Below, piece after piece: positions 60,963 through 64,000 of a stretch of DNA of 64,000 bases. Location of the stretch: positions 1,856,001 through 1,920,000 of the forward strand of contig OY970393.1 in the NCBI GenBank assembly GCA_963720465.1, written 5' to 3'. The notes under the pieces are model-generated. The model searched no databases, was not told the DNA's origin, and saw nothing but the letters and a program-made list of their open reading frames with translations. Positions within the stretch are counted from its first letter, which is position 1; each line of letters begins with the position of its first letter. The DNA comes from Methanobacteriota archaeon. GTDB lineage: Archaea; Halobacteriota; Bog-38; Methanoflorentales; Methanoflorentaceae. The position numbers were made by a program, and so were the translations under genes.

Positions 60963-61494
60963 TACGTCGTTACAGGAACACTATTACGCTTCAACGTTTC
61001 TAATCGAGTCTGAAATGAATTCCCGCGGAAAGCCTTAGAATAGGAAAACCGGTAAACAAAAAAATGTCAGTTATAGCGTGACGACAAGTTTCTAACGCAC
61101 TACTAGTATTAGGACGCGATGGCACTTAAAAATCTGGCGCGGTACTCGCAGTCCTAAACCCGCAAGCGAAAGATGCTCTACATTCTACTCTTATCGATGA
61201 GGTTCATCATCGTTTCAATTTGATTGCCCCGCGCGGGGTCTCGCGGAATGTTGTTAACTGCAGAGGATTGATCGAGCACTTCAATGCGCGCCACCCGCTT
61301 TGTCATCTTGCGTGCGTCTCTCCTCCGCCCGTCTGGTCGCCCTTTTTTTCTGGCAGGTCCGCCACAACAACACCGTAACGCGAGGTAGTCTCGCGTGCTG
61401 TATCGATGAGCCGCCTCGAGAAAGAGCAGGTTAATCGGCTTTTTTGCGCTGCAAAAGAATAATACACGAAGTCGACATTCATGTACCGATAGTG

Positions 61495-61968
61495 ATGAAG
61501 GCGTTACTCCTATTGGGGTGTCCCGAGGTTCCGGTGCAAACCGGCCTCGCGCTATACATCGGCAACACGTTGAAAGCGCAGGGGTTTGAGGTGATCTGTG
61601 CGGGAACGCCGAGTGCGGTCAACTTGATGAGAGTCGCCGATCCCAAGAAAGCGTATATCGAAACGTACATGAACATCGACAAGTGCATCGACCAGATCGC
61701 CGAGGGAACGTTCGACGTCGATCTCACGTTTGGCTTCATTCATAAGGACTCGGGCCTGCAATATCTCGCGACGATTGCTGCGCTGTCACGCAGCACCCCT
61801 ATAGCCGTTGTTTTTGGACGAGAGGCAGAGCCGCTCAGCAAAGAGGTTGGCGAATCGCTGGACGGGGTGCACGTCGTATGGGCGACAGCCGTCCATAATC
61901 CGTTGCCACTAAAGAAGAAGCTGGACAAGATAGGCGAATGGGCCACGCTTGTGCGAGATCAGGGCTGA
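61495..61968 (+). CDS. DUF1890 family protein (methanogen-type)
   Basis: ALLLLGCPEVPVQ, GTPSA..ADP, FIHKDSG, VVFG, HNPLPL motifs. Confidence 0.85.
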   Translation: MKALLLLGCPEVPVQTGLALYIGNTLKAQGFEVICAGTPSAVNLMRVADPKKAYIETYMNIDKCIDQIAEGTFDVDLTFGFIHKDSGLQYLATIAALSRSTPIAVVFGREAEPLSKEVGESLDGVHVVWATAVHNPLPLKKKLDKIGEWATLVRDQG

Positions 61969-62107
61969 ATAGCGACACGTCAAATAGAGGGTGTGGCTTC
62001 GTTGTCACCTCCGGAGTGTCCCAGGAAACGACTGCAAACGTTAGCAACCTTGCAGATCTTGGCAGGACGGTACATCGTGGGAGCACGTAAGCAACCGAGG
62101 GAGAAGA

Positions 62108-63211
62108 ATGGCAAGCACGGTATATTTTGCGCGCCTGAAGGCTGGGAGCACCGATGAAAGCGCGGTCACTCGAGTGAGAAAGCTCTTTGATGAAGCGCAA
62201 TTTGGAACCCTGATCGAAGCTGACGCGTTAACGGCTATCAAGCTTCACGTCGGCGAACGCGGCAACGATTCACACCTTCGCCCAGAGTTCGTCCGGCAAG
62301 TCGTCGAGCAGGTAAAAGCGAGCGGCGGAAAGCCGTTTGTTACTGACGCAAACACGCTCTATTCTGGAAGCCGGCATAATGCTGTCGACCACCTCGCCAC
62401 CGCGCTCGAGCACGGGTTCGACTACGCAGTCTTGGGGGCGCCCCTCATCATCTCTGACGGTCTCGTGGGCGATCACTACCGGGACATTCGAATCGACAAG
62501 AAACACTTCGACACGGTAAAAATCGCGGGCGACGTCGTCTCTGCCCAGAGCATGATTGTGATGACGCACTTCAAGGCACACGCCCTGGCTGGATTCGGCG
62601 GCGCGATAAAGAATCTGGGGATGGGATGCGCTCCGAGCGCGGGGAAGATGGACCAGCACAAAGGTATGAGTCCGATCGTCAACGAGGAGGGGTGCTCGGC
62701 GTGCGGGGTATGCGTCGAGATATGCCCGCGCTCTGCCATCACGATTGAAGAAGGCGTGTCGCGCATCAATCGCGATCTGTGCGTAGGCTGCGGTGAGTGC
62801 ATGACGGCGTGCACAACTTCCTCCATCGGATTCGACTGGAAAAATGATCTCCCACAGTTTATGGAGATGCTGACTGAATACGCCTTTGGCGCGGCCGTGG
62901 GTAAGCGCGTGGGGTACCTCAATTTCCTTTTGCAGATTACGCCTGATTGCGACTGTGTTCCATGGAGTGACGCGCCCATCGTGCCCGACGTAGGGATTCT
63001 CGCCTCCATCGATCCCGTAGCCATTGACGCTGCGAGCGTAGATTTGGTGAACCAGCAGCAAGGCTTACCAGGCACTCGCCTTGTCAACAATCTGCCGCCG
63101 GGGCAGGATAAGTTCAAAGGCGTCTGGGGCGAGACACAAGGATCGATACAAATCACATATGGGGAGGAGATCGGACTCGGAACAAGCGCGTATGAGCTCG
63201 TAGAACTGTGA
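62108..63211 (+). CDS. DUF362 domain Fe-S protein with a 2x[4Fe-4S] ferredoxin insert
   Basis: KLHVGERGN, TDANTLY.GSR, THFKAH..GFGGAIKNLGMG, two CxxCxxCxxxC, CDC, DPVAID. Confidence 0.9.
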   Translation: MASTVYFARLKAGSTDESAVTRVRKLFDEAQFGTLIEADALTAIKLHVGERGNDSHLRPEFVRQVVEQVKASGGKPFVTDANTLYSGSRHNAVDHLATALEHGFDYAVLGAPLIISDGLVGDHYRDIRIDKKHFDTVKIAGDVVSAQSMIVMTHFKAHALAGFGGAIKNLGMGCAPSAGKMDQHKGMSPIVNEEGCSACGVCVEICPRSAITIEEGVSRINRDLCVGCGECMTACTTSSIGFDWKNDLPQFMEMLTEYAFGAAVGKRVGYLNFLLQITPDCDCVPWSDAPIVPDVGILASIDPVAIDAASVDLVNQQQGLPGTRLVNNLPPGQDKFKGVWGETQGSIQITYGEEIGLGTSAYELVEL

Positions 63212-63252
63212 CACACGAGATTCTGAGAGAAACGCTGCCTCTGTTCAAATCT

Positions 63253-63287
63253 GTACGCTCGCTCTTGCCTACTCCAAGCGAGCGTAC
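63253..63287. terminator. Stem-loop downstream of the DUF362 gene
   Basis: GTACGCTCGCT-N13-AGCGAGCGTAC, an 11-bp perfect stem; no U-tract, so function uncertain. Confidence 0.4.
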
Positions 63288-63476
63288 GCGTGCAGGTATC
63301 CCAAGTTGCGGATGAATTCTCAGAGAGGCGCGTGAGGCGGCCTCGCCATATTCCGGAACTTGACCCTATGCAAGAGTATCAGAAACTGCGTATCAGCGGT
63401 TAATATTCACGTTTCAAACTATTTTAGGGAAAGACAGAAGTTCTTTCATGCGAACCCTGTGTGCGGAGGTGGTTAC

Positions 63477-63767
63477 ACGCCCACATACATCCTTTTGTCG
63501 ACGCTTACCGCTGAAGGCAGGAAGACCGTAGGGCAGCGACCTAATCGAATTCAGGAAGTCGATCGAGAGATGGAAGCGATGCAGGTGAAAATCATATCTC
63601 AGCACGCCGTCGTAGGGCCCTACGACTTTGTGAACATCGTCGAAGCACCTGATAACGAAACCATCCTTCGGGCCTCGGTCGAGCTAGGAGCCCGCGGAAC
63701 CGTCAAGATAGTAAGCATGCCTGCGATACCCATTGAAGAATTCATCAAAGCAATAAAAGAGCGGTAG
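63477..63767 (+). CDS. GYD domain protein (expected start codon reads ACG)
   Basis: PTYILLSTLTAEG..GPYDFVNIVEAPDNET; GGAGGTG RBS 5 nt before ACG. Confidence 0.8.
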   Translation, partial: TPTYILLSTLTAEGRKTVGQRPNRIQEVDREMEAMQVKIISQHAVVGPYDFVNIVEAPDNETILRASVELGARGTVKIVSMPAIPIEEFIKAIKER

Positions 63768-63916
63768 GGTTTGGTCTATTTGTAGCCCCGAGAGCTCGTC
63801 ATAGTCAGCTTGATCGAGTTCTATCGGCACGTAGAGGGCTCGCGCGATGAACTAGGTGCTAGTTCAAAAAAAGCGTCGAGGTCAAAAAAAATCGTTCGGT
63901 ACTAGGGTTGAACGTG

Positions 63917-64000
63917 TTACAGGTCCTTCGACCCTAACGTGTCAGCAATCATCCGCAGGATAATGTCAGGTACGGCGTGATTACGCCAGTTCATTTCCTT
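63917..64000 (-). CDS. 3' end of a gene running off the window
   Basis: Open frame KEMNWRNHAVPDIILRMIADTLGSKDL*. Confidence 0.35.
   Translation of the reverse strand, partial: KEMNWRNHAVPDIILRMIADTLGSKDL

Noticed and set aside
193-63216. Numerous long antisense or overlapping ORFs (e.g. 193..933, 6869..7540, 44495..45334, 58315..58956, 62270..63061)
   Set aside because: Shadow frames of GC-rich genes that have clear family motifs on the other strand or frame
1-64000. tRNA/rRNA genes, or pyrrolysine/selenocysteine readthrough genes
   Set aside because: No cloverleaf found around GGTTCG-type hits, and no conserved gene interrupted by an in-frame TAG/TGA at a plausible position; the padR stop is TAA. 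A covariance-model scan would be needed to be certain

Overview
Accessory, strongly mosaic 64-kb stretch of an archaeal genome, most likely a methanogen-related Halobacteriota lineage. That placement is inferred from PGF-CTERM archaeosortase tails, TrmB, DUF1890/DUF2769/DUF169/DUF362 genes and BRE/TATA-type promoters. I found no rRNA, tRNA, CRISPR array, reverse transcriptase or transposase. Content: (1) surface proteins (two tandem 8-bladed PQQ-repeat proteins, an Ig-repeat protein, lipoproteins); (2) many efflux and detoxification genes (four ABC exporter pairs, an MFS pump, nitroreductase, VOC, MBL hydrolase, methyltransferases); (3) defence-island debris (HsdR C-terminus with an M48 peptidase, an AlbA_2 fragment, a trypsin-like protease, two Nmad3 genes); (4) an AT-rich patch with an adenylate-forming ligase and a TRAM-less methylthiotransferase; (5) more core-like genes at the right end. 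The most notable structure is four co-oriented copies or remnants of a short tyrosine recombinase. Three share a conserved 3' tail ending in a palindrome where the downstream cargo switches, and two share a deletion of the catalytic Tyr. Other highlights are repeated gene 3'-end duplications, a His-rich tail in frame behind the stop codon of a PadR regulator, and a tandem double methylglyoxal-synthase protein. All family calls come from motif recognition by eye; no database searches were run.
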